A stretch of DNA of 64,000 bases, taken from the NCBI GenBank assembly GCA_963833425.1, contig CAWHXP010000007.1:224001-288000 (forward strand). Reading direction: 5' to 3'. The stretch is from an uncultured Methanosarcinaceae archaeon. Its GTDB lineage: Archaea; Halobacteriota; Methanosarcinia; Methanosarcinales; Methanosarcinaceae. Of this stretch, positions 1 through 11,441 are shown piece after piece; the stretch's first letter is position 1, and every line of letters starts with the position of its first letter. The notes beneath the pieces were generated by a model. The model saw only the letters and a list, made by a program, of their open reading frames with translations, made no database searches and had not been told where the DNA came from. A program made the translations under genes and the position numbers.

Positions 1-217
1 TAATTCTAATATTGTATAACATATTTGACTTGACACTTCAAGCATATAGATACTAACAAAGAAAAAAAAATAACCTTCTCTAATTGCGGAGCCTGCATTT
101 TACAAGCTTTCAGAAAGATTTCCTTGAGGTTTTTGAAGCCGCGGAAACTGAAAATTACACAATATGGAAAAAATTAATTTAAAGTCTAAGTTTTGGCAAC
201 CAAATTTGTATAAACGA

Positions 218-583
218 TTAATCACGGATTATCTTTGGAAGGCAATGAGTACAGACCCAAAGACTCTCCCTCTTGTGTCTGAGAGGCAAGAGACAATTAA
301 TGTTTTCTCCGGTTCCGCAGGAAAAGCGGTGAACAAAGATATCTTTTTCTTGGGTTGAACTTCTGCTTTTTCTCTATTAAACTCAATGGTATGTCTTCCT
401 TCAACTGAGATCGCACCCTCGAGGCAGAGGCAAAGACAAAAACCCATTATTCATATAGTTTTTAAGATAGAACCTTCTCTTTTCGGTCAATGATTTGAAT
501 AGCGCCTCAGCACAGGGTGCTACATATTTTCCGCAGCCTTTGCAGTTTTCTTCGTCAAGTTTCAATACCATTCGTTTTACCAT
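218..583 (-). pseudogene. 4Fe-4S ferredoxin-domain protein with C-terminal Cys-rich segment, frameshifted
   Basis: Three consecutive minus-strand frames join into one protein: MVKRMVLKLDEENCKGCGKYVAPCAEA / GFCLCLCLEGAISVE...AEVQPKK / DIFVHRFSCGTGENINCLLPLRHKRESLWVCTHCLPKIIRD*. CxxCxxCxxxC motifs are degraded and there are at least two frameshifts. Confidence 0.75.
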
Positions 584-1224
584 AAAGCCAAATGCATTAA
601 TGATATTATACCAAAATTTTACCTTCCGACTTATGCAATTGGAATGAAAGATCGATAATATTAGAATTGTAACTATCCAAAATCGGTCTTGGAATTACAA
701 CGTCCATCATGGTAAATTTTAATCATCGAGTACATAAATTTTAATTAAATAAACTTGAATTTATTTATTTGCTATCTGTTAACTAATTTTATGCACATCT
801 ACGAACCACATATAATGATTTTCCAACGTGAATTATTAATATAGGATTTCTACAAAGCAGGATTCATTGCCTTAAGATACATTAAGAAAAACAAGTCTCG
901 TATGTGACCTATTTAAAAGGCTACAGGCTCTCAAATTTTTGTATCCTGCTTCAAGATCTCATTGGTGCCTTTGATAGTTCATTAATATATGATTAATGTT
1001 TCACGAGATTTTCTTCAATACAACTTTTGTGTATTTTTATATGTCCATAATTTTCCTGGAAATTAGGTACTGCTAGAGATTTGAAGATTTTAGTCGTTTA
1101 AATTCGAAATTTATTTAGTATGGATACCGGTTTCTATTTCGAAACTCTCATTTTTTTTATATAGAAACAAATAATTATGTAGTATAATTCAAATAATATT
1201 ATCGATGAAAGGAGATATTTAAAT

Positions 1225-1437
1225 ATGCACGATTTAGCAGGAAAAGGTCCAATGATGCAGACTGTGATGACTCAAACGTGGGAACTTCTGACTGAAGAAC
1301 AGAAGAAAAAAATTTCAGTGATGAGAATGGATATGATAATTAAATTTTTAGAAATGAAAATATCTGGTATGGAAAAGATGATCGAACTAAAAAAAGAAGC
1401 TATAGCCAATGTTCGAAAAACCCAGAAAATGATCTAA
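1225..1437 (+). CDS. small helical Met/Lys-rich hypothetical protein
   Basis: 70-aa ORF preceded by a GAAAGGAG Shine-Dalgarno-like sequence; amphipathic helical pattern. Confidence 0.7.
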   Translation: MHDLAGKGPMMQTVMTQTWELLTEEQKKKISVMRMDMIIKFLEMKISGMEKMIELKKEAIANVRKTQKMI

Positions 1438-1807
1438 CACGACAAATAAGTCCAATAGAAGAATGTTATCTGAATTTAAGCTATGTGGAAATTCCCTGAA
1501 ATAACAAATTTCCATAACTATTCAAGTAGGGCAGCGTGCATAATTTTATATACAATCTGCCTATACCCTTTATCTTCTGTTTTTTGGTTCAACCGCGTTA
1601 ATTCTAAAAATAATTGGCAATAAAAATGAATACTGCTAGAACTAAGCATTAATAGTTTCTAAGGATCTTCGCGAACAGTTCAGCGAAAATTGGTTTCCAT
1701 TCTTTGAGGTTTTTGTTGGAAATTCAATGAGATTTAGAATTTTTTCATCTACAACGAAAGAAAAATTACAAAATAATCTTTAAATCCCCTTTAAAAGGAG
1801 TAAATCT

Positions 1808-2585
1808 ATGCGGATTCTTAGTACTTTATACGGGCGAACTTGGGAGAAAGGTTATCCAGAATCTGATCAACTCAAGCAATTTCTGCGTGTCCTGTGGGGA
1901 TCTATGTAACCACTGCAGGCAAGCCAGAAAGTCCTATGCAAATATGATTGTGGGAATTCATGAATTTCCTGAAGACCTGCCCACATTTATAGAAGAACCA
2001 GAACAGTATATTCCAACAGAGCTTCCGGAATGTGACCTGATACTTGCTATTGGCATCCATCCAGATCTTCTTGCATATCTTCCGGATGTCGTGAAGAAAA
2101 CTAAGGCTAAAGCCGTTATTGCACCTGCTGAAGATTCGAAGAAAACTCCGGCAGGGGTTCTTGAGCAACTCAGGAAAGAGCTGGAGGCCACGGGAGTAGA
2201 GTTTGAAGGACCAAGGCCTTTCTGTTCACTCGAAAAAACCGGAAAACCGATCATAGATTCTTTTGTTGACCTTGGATTCGGAAAGCCTGTACTTAGGATC
2301 AAAACAAGTCTTGATGGGAAGATGTTCATAGGAGTAGGGGTAATTAGGGATGCTCCCTGTGGTTCTACGTGGTTTGTGGCGAAAAAACTCGGTTGGTCCG
2401 ATATTCCAGGATATAAAGAAACCATTTCAGGTGCACATCACTCCTATCCCTGTACCGGGAGTATGGACAAGGATCCACAGCTCGGTGATACTATCCTGCA
2501 TAAGGCTGGATATACCATAAGAGAAGCAGTTGAAGCGGGAATAGAGTCTGAAAAGAAGGAAACGAGTCAACAGTCTGCAACCTAG
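1808..2585 (+). pseudogene. DUF166-family protein with apparent +1 frameshift just after the start (or a sequencing error)
   Basis: AAGGAG SD, then ATG at 1808 (MRI...) is out of frame by 1 nt with the long frame VLYTGELGRKVIQNLIN...CVSCGDLCNHC...FCSL...DAPCGSTWFVA...HHSYPCTGSM. These motifs are typical of archaeal DUF166. Confidence 0.65.
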
Positions 2586-2837
2586 CCAATAAAATCTCAA
2601 GCCTTAGCTTCTGAAAATCAAGTTTTCATTATTGAGGTTTCCTTATCGAAACTGTCTCCTATATATGATCTAACATCATATGAAAAATGGTCTCCTAAAT
2701 GCAGCGATGCTAAAAAATATCTTTCTGTTATTAATGTAGCTACACATTACTGATTATGGAAATGAAATATTTTATGAAACTTAATTAAAGAAAAAACGTG
2801 GATTAAACCGAATTATCATTTTTGAGGGTAAACAAAT

Positions 2838-4460
2838 ATGTTTTGTAATCAATGTCAAGAAACTCTTAACTCACAAGGTTGTACGAAAAATGGGGTATGC
2901 GGCAAAAAAGGGGAAGTTGCAGACCTTCAGGACAGACTTCTCTATGTTCTCAAAAGCATCGCGTTCTATAACCTGAAGGCTAGAGCTGAAGGCACTAATG
3001 AAGAAGCGACAGATAGATTTGTACTGGACAGCTTTTTTGCTACCCTTACAAATACTAATTTTGACAGACAAGCAATTGAGTACATTATTATAAAAGGGTT
3101 TAATTTAAGAGATGCGATTAGAGCAAAAATTCCTGCTGATAAGTTAGCTGCCGAAAAAAATCTACCGGCTGTGGCTACTGTTACCCTTGAAAGCATACAA
3201 GATATGGATGTTGCGGTTCATTCTACGCATGATGAGGATATAAGGTCGCTCCGAGAACTTCTGACCTACGGCCTTAAGGGAATGGCTGCTTATTCTCACC
3301 ATGCTTACGTGCTGGGTTATAAGGACGAAGCAATCTTCGAGTTCATAGAAAAAGGGCTGATTTCGACCACAGATGATAGCTTGGGATTAAAAGACCTTAT
3401 TAGCCTTGTTCTGGAATGCGGGAAAAAAGGTGTTTCAACTTTGGCTCTGCTTGATAAAGCTAACACTGAAACATATGGAAACCCTGAGCCTACTGTTGTC
3501 AATATCGGGGTGAGAGATAGGCCAGGGATCCTTATTAGTGGCCATGATCTACGTGATCTAGAACAGCTTCTTGAGCAGACAAAGGGTAAGGGAGTTGATG
3601 TTTATACCCATGGAGAGATGTTGCCTGCCAATTCGTATCCTGCTTTCAAGAAGTACGATAACTTCGTAGGCAATTATGGGAGTTCTTGGTGGAAACAGAA
3701 TGAAGAGTTTGAGAAATTTAATGGACCTATTCTGCTGACGACAAACTGTATAATCCCGCCAAGAGAATCCTACCGAAACAGGATTTACACTACAGGAGTA
3801 GTGGGTTTTGAAGGACTTACCCATATATATGAAAAAGAAAATGGTTCAAAGGATTTCACTCCTTTGATTAAACAAGCAAAAACAAGCAAGCCCCCGGAGC
3901 AGCTGGAAAGCGGAACAATTACTTGTGGCTTTGCACACGAAGCAGCCCTATCAGTTGCTGATAAAATAATAGACGCGGTAAAATGTGGAAAAATAAGCAG
4001 GTTCATAGTTATGGCAGGCTGCGACGGAAGGCACAAGGAGAGAGCTTACTACACTGAATTTGCAAAAACTCTCCCAAAAGACACAGTTATCCTGACCGCA
4101 GGCTGTGCCAAATACCGCTACAATAAACTGGATCTTGGCGACATCGAAGGAATTCCAAGAGTTATTGATGCTGGCCAGTGTAATGATTCTTACTCACTTG
4201 TAGTAATAGCCCAGAAACTTGCAGAAGCCTTTGGTATCAAGGATATAAACGATCTACCTGTATCCTATAACATCGCTTGGTACGAGCAAAAAGCAGTTCT
4301 CGTTCTGCTTGCTCTCTTGAGCCTTGGAATAAAGAATATCACCCTTGGTCCTACACTTCCGGCCTGTATATCTCCGCAAGTTCTTAAAGTGTTGGTAGAT
4401 AATTTCAACATAAGACCAAACACAATCGTCGAAGAAGATATGAAAATACGTTTGAATTAA
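2838..4460 (+). CDS. hcp: hybrid cluster protein (hydroxylamine reductase / prismane)
   Basis: N-terminal MFCNQCQET...[10 protein letters not shown] cubane motif; [44 protein letters not shown] motifs. Confidence 0.97.
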   Translation: MFCNQCQETLNSQGCTKNGVCGKKGEVADLQDRLLYVLKSIAFYNLKARAEGTNEEATDRFVLDSFFATLTNTNFDRQAIEYIIIKGFNLRDAIRAKIPADKLAAEKNLPAVATVTLESIQDMDVAVHSTHDEDIRSLRELLTYGLKGMAAYSHHAYVLGYKDEAIFEFIEKGLISTTDDSLGLKDLISLVLECGKKGVSTLALLDKANTETYGNPEPTVVNIGVRDRPGILISGHDLRDLEQLLEQTKGKGVDVYTHGEMLPANSYPAFKKYDNFVGNYGSSWWKQNEEFEKFNGPILLTTNCIIPPRESYRNRIYTTGVVGFEGLTHIYEKENGSKDFTPLIKQAKTSKPPEQLESGTITCGFAHEAALSVADKIIDAVKCGKISRFIVMAGCDGRHKERAYYTEFAKTLPKDTVILTAGCAKYRYNKLDLGDIEGIPRVIDAGQCNDSYSLVVIAQKLAEAFGIKDINDLPVSYNIAWYEQKAVLVLLALLSLGIKNITLGPTLPACISPQVLKVLVDNFNIRPNTIVEEDMKIRLN

Positions 4461-5379
4461 GTATGAGTCTAGGGAAAACTGGAGAATCTGAGGGAGAAAA
4501 ACAAATATTTTTTTTCAAGCTTTGGTTCTCTTTATTTTTGATTACAAGCTTCTAGTTACAATTAAGATAAAAGAAGAAGGGACAAAGAATATCAAGACTT
4601 CAAGTTACTGAGAATGCTTTTTATCGTTTTATTCGCTTGCATCAAAAACAGCGGGTAGCTACACAGGCACAATTGCAAGACTTGAAAATATACGCACTAA
4701 TTTGCTTTAAAAGAATCCAATTCTACATAGAATTGCAAGGTGGGATTAAAGTCGTTGAGACACTAGCATCTCAACCTGCGACCAAAGCTGATCATTTCCA
4801 GGAAAAAAGTGATAGAATTGAAAAGGAGATAGAACTTCTGAGAAAACGATATGCTACCGAAAAAATCGAAGTATTCGAAGCAACAACAATCAAATTTCGG
4901 GCTATTGCTATTGGCCATTAATTTCAGGCACACGGAAACCATTCATTCAGTAAGCATATTATCGTTGATGCATGATAGCACAAAAACAGCTGAAGATGTT
5001 GTTGCTGTCAATAGCTAGGCTGTCTTTGACCTACCCAATAGTTTTAAAAATAATAATCCAAAGGTCTAAGAGAAATTAGTCGATAAATTAGAGAATTTTT
5101 ACTTTTTGATCAATAGAGTTTATATAAATAGAATTCCGATAAGCCAATAAATTTAGTCATACGTTTATAAAACCGCATATTAATGACTTGTAAAACTCAG
5201 AGATACATGAAAGCTTCTAAATTTTTATCGATCTGTATATTAATCACGACCATCTAGGGAATTTATCATTTAGACAATAAGATGAATTTATTAGAATGTA
5301 TGCTATGTTACCAAGCCAAAAAGTTGCTATATTTATATCGAAAGGATAGAAATAAATGAAAAATAAGTAATTACTTAAC

Positions 5380-6064
5380 CTAGAAATCAGATTTATCTAA
5401 TCTTTTTAAGGCAAGTCCTTTACCGTCCCAAGCTGCTGGATTCTGTGAATCAATTTCAATTGCTTGGTTAAGTGCTGCTATTGCTTCTTCATGCTTGTTT
5501 AAAGTATTAAGAGCAAATCCTCTATTGCACCAAGCTATTGAATTATGCTGGTTAATTTTAATTATTTCGTCAAATGCTTCTATGCTTCATCGTATTTATT
5601 TCCAATAATTAGAGAAAGTCCTTTACCGTCCCAAGCTGAGGGATCTTGTAGATTAATTTCAATTGCTTTGTCAAATGCTTGTATTGCTTCATCAAATTTA
5701 TTTAAACCAATTAGAGTAAGTCCGTTACTTGTCCAAGCATCCGGTTTCTGCGGATTAATTTCGATTGCTTTGTCAAATGCTTTTAGTGCTCCTTCAGGTT
5801 TTTGTAATATAACTAGATCAAGTCCTTTTAGGTACCAAGCTTCTGAATCCTGCGGGTTAATCTCAATTGCTGTGTCCTGGGTTTTCATATCTTTTTCGAA
5901 ATAATTTTTTAAATCAAGGTGATTGTTGCTGCCTGAGTTTGGAACATCTGCAAGTTGCTTAGCACCTGAGGTGCCCACTAGGATAAAAACTACCAGTGAA
6001 ATATCCCCTAAAACCGCTAAGCTCTATGCTTTCTACTTACGTTATCACATTTGTCTTCGTTCAT
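5380..6064 (-). pseudogene. secreted/membrane-anchored TPR-repeat protein, two frameshifts
   Basis: ATG 6064 MNEDKCDNVSRKHRA, frameshift, hydrophobic AVLGDISLVVFILVGTSGA, then TPR units (AFDKAIEINPQxxxAWxxKG). A second frameshift at ~5582 lets TPRs continue to TAG at 5380. Confidence 0.85.
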
Positions 6065-7873
6065 TTTCAATCTCTCGATTCTTATTTAGATATTAATTCT
6101 CAAAAATAACTACAAATGACAAATTAATAATACTTCACTCTGCAAAGTAAACCTTTTACTAAATAAATATATTTATATTTAAATTAAAAGATCAATTACG
6201 TTACTTTTAGCTGTTATATTTTTAAAAAATTTTAAGATTACCAACAGGACAACAGCATTTTAACTTGCAAAACAGGTATTTTGAAAAAATTAACCTAAAT
6301 TCCAACACAAGCCAAAAAAAGCTGCATTGTAAGGTAGAACCTAGTCATCTAAAAAACAATGACGCATAGTTTTTATAGTAAAAACCTATGCATTTTAAGG
6401 TTCCGATAATTCAAACTCATGGATCAACACTTTACAGCTGTTCAATCATTTTAGCATGAAATCAAAACACTCGTAGTACTTATGACAGGTTACAAATTTT
6501 TAGTGTCCTTTGTTGCTGTGATGGAATGCGTTTTCGCTTATTGCAGGAGATATTATTGTTGCTACAAAAAAAACAACTAGTAAAATACCCAGTAGTTTTT
6601 TCGTTTGGTTGCGTGCTTGCTTTCCCATTTGTCTAGATTCCTAACTCTTGTTCAATTTTATCATTAGTTCGATAAACGCCATTTTTTTAGTATATCAAAA
6701 TGTTAATGCAATGGCTATGGAGACACGGTAATGATGATAGTGATGATCATCTTGTTCCTAACAACCTGTGTTGGCATTTGTCGCTGTCTTAGAGAATAAC
6801 AACACTCAAAATTAGAGTGCAATTAATTTCTTAGACATAATACGAATTATATAATCTATATATAAAAAATTTTAGCAGGATAAATATGTAAGATGGAGAA
6901 ATTTCTGGTTTTAATCGGGGAAAAAAGGTAGTGAAAAAGTAAAATAAAAGTTAATGAATAATATTGGTAGCAATTTTTGATTTGGCCAGTGTATCGAAAG
7001 GTCAGTAAATTCCTATTGACTTTGTACCTTTTCTTTACCAAAAAAATAAGATTTATCTTGTTTAATGCATAGGTTTTATCACAAAACCTGTTTATGTAAT
7101 GAATTTAAGCCAGTAAATCATTAGTTGTCCTGGTGAGCTGCAGTCTATTGATGTCTTTGAGACCTGGTTAAAATCATAAAAGAATACTAGCCAGGAATGA
7201 AAATAAAGCTTTACTTATGAATAAAATTCGAATTCGCCCAAAAAAAATAGTTTAAATTTATGTATATGTAGCACTTGACAATCTAAATTTATAAGAACAT
7301 TCTAGAAATTACTCAGCTGACGCGCAGAATCAAGTACACATGCATTATGAATTGATTTTTTTGTTTGTGAGCATAAACCGTTTTTTACGATTGATTTTTC
7401 AGTTTAACTGAGTGATTCCAGCTTAATTTTTAATGCTCTTGATTCTCCACAAGCAAGCTTAGATTTTCTCACAAAAACATATGTGTTTTCGATTTTCATA
7501 TTTGCTATCATCTCTTTTTTTCAGATGCTTAGATTATCTTTATTTGTTTTTTGTTCTGTAAGCTACAGACGTTTGAGAAAAATATGGATTTTTTGTTACA
7601 TCCTTGGAAGTGGGATATGAGCAAAAAAAAGATTCAATTTTGAAGAGTTCCTTTCGTTTTTGAGGTCTACACTATTTTTGATTTTAATGAATTAAGGGAT
7701 CTATCCTTAATTTTATGACAGATAGGTAATGACTTTTCTTGTGTCTTTTAATTAGAGCGCAGAAGAATTAAAGACTCTGATCTATCCATCACATACAACT
7801 ATTGTCGTCATAATTTGTGTCACCATTATCACTTTAAGACTCCCATCCATTCTCACGATTATTGCATTAACAT

Positions 7874-8485
7874 TCATATCCAAATGGTTGGAATTGCGCC
7901 AACTGCTGGGGTTGCAGCAGTCGCTGGGGTTGCAGCAGTCGCTGGGGTTGCAGCAGTCGCTGGGGTTGCAGCAGTCGCTGGGGTTGCAGCAGTCGCTGGG
8001 GTTGCAGCAGTCGCTGGGGTTGCAGCAGTCGCTGGGGTTGCAGCAGTCGCTGGGGTTGCAGCAGTCGCTGGGGTTGCAGCAGTCGCTGGAGTTGCAGCAG
8101 TCGCTGGGGTTGCAGCAGTCGCTGGGGTTGCAGCAGTCGCTGGGGTTGCAGCAGTCGCTGGGGTTGCAGCAGTCGCTGGGGTTGCAGCAGTCGCTGGGGT
8201 TGCAGCAGTCGCTGGGGTTGCAGCAGTCGCTGGAGTTGCAGCAGTCGCTGGGGTTGCAGCAGTCGCTGGGGTTGCAGCAGTCGCTGGAGTTGCAGCAGTC
8301 GCTGGGGTTGCAGCAGTCGCTGGAACTACGCCAATTGTACCCCATTCCCAATCTGGACCCCCATAATCATCATGATATGGATATGCGATTGTTGCTATAG
8401 CTGTCAAAGACACCAAAAGGGAAACTGCCAGCAAAATAGGCAGTGCTTTTTTTATTATACGTGCTGATTGTTTCAACAATTTCAC
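7874..8485 (-). CDS. putative secreted (PATAAT)23 repeat protein, antifreeze-glycoprotein-like / mucin-like
   Basis: GGAG SD at the GTG/TTG start; basic n-region plus hydrophobic h-region (KKALPILLAVSLLVSLTAIATIA); 23 PATAAT units; all three repeat variants are synonymous (ACC>ACT) in this frame. Confidence 0.75.
   Translation of the reverse strand: MKLLKQSARIIKKALPILLAVSLLVSLTAIATIAYPYHDDYGGPDWEWGTIGVVPATAATPATAATPATAATPATAATPATAATPATAATPATAATPATAATPATAATPATAATPATAATPATAATPATAATPATAATPATAATPATAATPATAATPATAATPATAATPATAATPATAATPATAATPATAATPAVGAIPTIWI
7910..8323. repeat. 18-bp tandem repeat GGTTGCAGCAGTCGCTGG x23
   Basis: 414 bp, 23 copies, identical except G>A at 8090, 8234 and 8288. Confidence 0.98.
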
Positions 8486-9380
8486 TCCTATGTATTACTC
8501 AAATTATACTATATACGGATTTAATAGAGTTTGTTTTTCATTAGTTTTTTTATTTATCTATCATGAATATGATGAATAATAATAATGCTTATGCGTTTGA
8601 GGAAGAAAATAAGGCACTACAAGAGCGAGAAAATTTATCATAAAGATTGTGCTTAAGATAATTTTAACTTTCATACTACTTTTTTCGCATTTCAACCCAT
8701 AAGCACTATAAAATATATCGATTAAAATTTAAAGTTACTTATAAAATTTGAAAATTTATCATTAGTTAATTACAACACTTTAAAGCAGAGTCGTTTGTTA
8801 GAATATAACTAAATTGATTATTAACCGCAATAAACTCTGAATCTCTTAATATCTCCTATCAGAATGTTAGCAAGAAGCAGCCGAAAATTACATACGAAAT
8901 CATGGGCGAAGTTAACGCTTATAATCATCTGGATAAAAATCCATTTTTATATGTCTATAAAACGCAGAACAATTGAATATAATATTAGTGTTCTTGCTAC
9001 CCCCACTCACCTAATTTCAATCCACTTGAAATATGTAGGGTAGATTTAAAGAAGGGCATTTAAAGAAATATATCTAGTCAATTACGCTACTTAGAAAACT
9101 AATAAGGGATGAATATACAAAATTGACTAAATCAAAACCTCTTGCTAAGAATTAGATGGAAAAATTTGAAATATAAACAAAAAATGCAGTAACTTACTAA
9201 TATAACCACAAAAGATTTCGATAAACCCTAATTTTTGGCTGTTGGTTCATAAACTACATGCTAACAACCTATTGAAATCGGACGTCTATCGAATTTCGCT
9301 ATGAAACAAGAACTATTTGAAAAGTGTTCTCCAAAAAAATTCAGGCAAACATTTCCGAAGAGTTCTAAGAAACTCAAAAA

Positions 9381-9839
9381 TCATTCCTGCTTCTTTAATT
9401 TGGATTTATCCTTTTGCTTAGACCTCCTTTGTTTGAAAACCGAGGGCAAGTGCAGGGCATAAGAACCTTCTTCTCTGATTGCCATAACTAGCTCTTTCCT
9501 TTCCAAAAGAGAATCAAGATTAAGTTCATAAGACCCTGGTCCAAGAATCCTCACAGATTCTACCCTTTCTTCTTCTACTATCCCCTCGGTTTCAAATTCC
9601 TTTTTTTTGTTTTCCTGCTCAGAGGCAAGAGCCTCATCAATACTCCTAACAACTCCATCCAGAGAGGATTCAAGATCCAATTTCTGTTCTCCCATAGCGG
9701 GCTTTCGTTGGATTTCCGAGCTTTCTGACTCCTTTTTAGCGTAAAGGAATTTGTTCCAGCCGCAGGTAGGGCAACCGCTCAAGATGACAGAATCTCCGTC
9801 TTCAAAAATGGTTCCGCATCTGGTGCATCTGTGGGGCAT
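9381..9839 (-). CDS. Zn-ribbon domain protein (DUF2072, OapC/ArvC-like)
   Basis: MPHRCTRCG...ILSGCPTCGWNKFLY and C-terminal VESVRILGPGSYELNL...EEGSY; GGTGA SD before ATG 9839. Confidence 0.88.
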   Translation of the reverse strand: MPHRCTRCGTIFEDGDSVILSGCPTCGWNKFLYAKKESESSEIQRKPAMGEQKLDLESSLDGVVRSIDEALASEQENKKKEFETEGIVEEERVESVRILGPGSYELNLDSLLERKELVMAIREEGSYALHLPSVFKQRRSKQKDKSKLKKQE

Positions 9840-10246
9840 GAATTCACCGATCAATATATGAGTATAAACTAATTTGTTGAAACTGATATAAGCATACAGT
9901 CGGTAACTTAAAGCAAGTTTAAATTAATATCCTAAACGATATATCTATGTTATACATCTCAATTGTACTTTTAATAAACACTCTGAACAGATATCTATAT
10001 TTGTATTTGCTGCTTAATATTTGCTTTTAAGAGGAAAAGCTATTCTCACTGGTAAAGGCAAAAAAACCATATACGATCGTAAAATCTCCTTAACTTTTCG
10101 GTAGACAAATATAGAGCCTCCATTCTGATGATGCACAAGTCTATATAATTTGTTTGCCCATTTGCCCACTGTTCATAAGTATCTATTGCATCAAAATAGT
10201 TATACTACATCTGATTTTTTGTGGGCTGGATAGTTATATAAATTCT

Positions 10247-10972
10247 TTATAAAATTTGCCAGTACTGTTTCCCCCCGGTTATTTTGGAGCTGACTCTGCA
10301 AACTCTTTCCATCTCTTCCATAACTTCAGGAATCCGTCCTGGCTGGGTGATTTCAAAGACTATTGGATCAATTGCATGGTTTATGTAAAGGCTGTGTTTT
10401 AGATCTTCAAGGCTCCAGCATTTTTTAGGATATTTTTTCATACATTTGGTAAGGATACTAATCATATCTTCCATAAAGTTCCAAGGATAGACAATCCAGG
10501 CCCAATCTTCGAGTCGCTCTCCCACATAATCAGGGTCAATTTTTGAACTTCCAAGATACTGCAGTGAAGCTGTTCTTACTTCTATAGGATTCCGGCTTTC
10601 CACGTAAGTTTTAGCACTTAGCATACTCTCTCCGGTATCGACAATATCATCCACTATAAGCACTTTTTTGCCTTCCATAACATTATCTGGGAGAGGATAT
10701 TTAATAAAAGGCTCACCGCTGTAGATAGCCATGGTTCCTATATAATGCTCTATTTTCAGACTGGACAAGTCATCTAAACCCAGAAAATCACAGATTACAC
10801 GCCCTGCAAACCAGCCTCCTCTGGCAAGCGCAATAATTACGTCAGGTTCATATCTTGAATGTTTTATTTTCGTCGATATTTTTCGACACAAACCATAAAT
10901 GTAATCCCAATTAGTAAGCACACATTTGAATGATTCTATGCAAATCCCCCCATAATCCGGAATTTGGCGCAT
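10247..10972 (-). CDS. purine (hypoxanthine/guanine/xanthine-type) phosphoribosyltransferase family protein
   Basis: IIALARGG, PRPP-binding loop VLIVDDIVDTGESM, WIVYPW. Confidence 0.9.
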   Translation of the reverse strand: MRQIPDYGGICIESFKCVLTNWDYIYGLCRKISTKIKHSRYEPDVIIALARGGWFAGRVICDFLGLDDLSSLKIEHYIGTMAIYSGEPFIKYPLPDNVMEGKKVLIVDDIVDTGESMLSAKTYVESRNPIEVRTASLQYLGSSKIDPDYVGERLEDWAWIVYPWNFMEDMISILTKCMKKYPKKCWSLEDLKHSLYINHAIDPIVFEITQPGRIPEVMEEMERVCRVSSKITGGKQYWQIL

Positions 10973-11441
10973 ATGGAGACGCTCAACGTTTCATGAGCAT
11001 TCATTTTTCAAGTTCCTTCTACACATATAAAACTTAAACTGGTAAAGAAAATCCTTTGTTCAATACAATGCTTATTATATTACAAATAAATATATTTTTA
11101 CTCGGTGTCTATGAAAAATTAATTCGAGAACTACAAGTAATCCTCGTATTAAAAAATGTTTTTAAAATATATCGTTCTATAAATTTAGTAAGTTGAAGGA
11201 AATTTGAGCAAATTTAGGATAATTTTGATAAACCTTTTACCTCAATGAACCCCGAATTTACTCCATAGAATTAACAGACCAAAAAATGAATTTTTTGAAA
11301 TCCCTTTTAAAAATTTGCATCTAATTTCTATTCTAAAAAATCTAACTTTTCGATTAAAAAGATATCAACCACACAAATATTTATCAGAAATCATTTTTTA
11401 CCATCATTATCGGGCGGTAATAACTTTTTTATTCAAATGAT

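Noticed and set aside
2735..2744. TGTAGCTACA palindrome upstream of hcp as an operator
   Set aside because: Single 10-bp palindrome, expected by chance in 64 kb
4637..4921. 94-aa ORF with a coiled-coil-like segment
   Set aside because: TTG start, no clear SD, no family recognised; may be a gene remnant but cannot be supported
5545..5904. Plus-strand ORF with LISIALS repeats (also 63505-63717)
   Set aside because: Antisense shadow of minus-strand TPR repeats
6457..6780. Possible third, decayed member of the secreted low-complexity family (KTLVVLMTG..FLVSFVAV..AY; shares AATGTTAATGCAAT with the region after the PATAAT gene)
   Set aside because: Similarity too short and degenerate to call without a statistical alignment
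7910..8323. CRISPR array
   Set aside because: Head-to-tail 18-bp units with no unique spacers; lies in frame inside an ORF; no cas genes
7782..8400. Alternative repeat frames (SDCCNP)n, (AGVAAV)n and (LGLQQS)n as real proteins
   Set aside because: Shadow ORFs of a stop-free repeat. Only the PATAAT frame has an SD plus signal peptide. Repeat variants are non-synonymous in the SDCCNP and LGLQQS frames.
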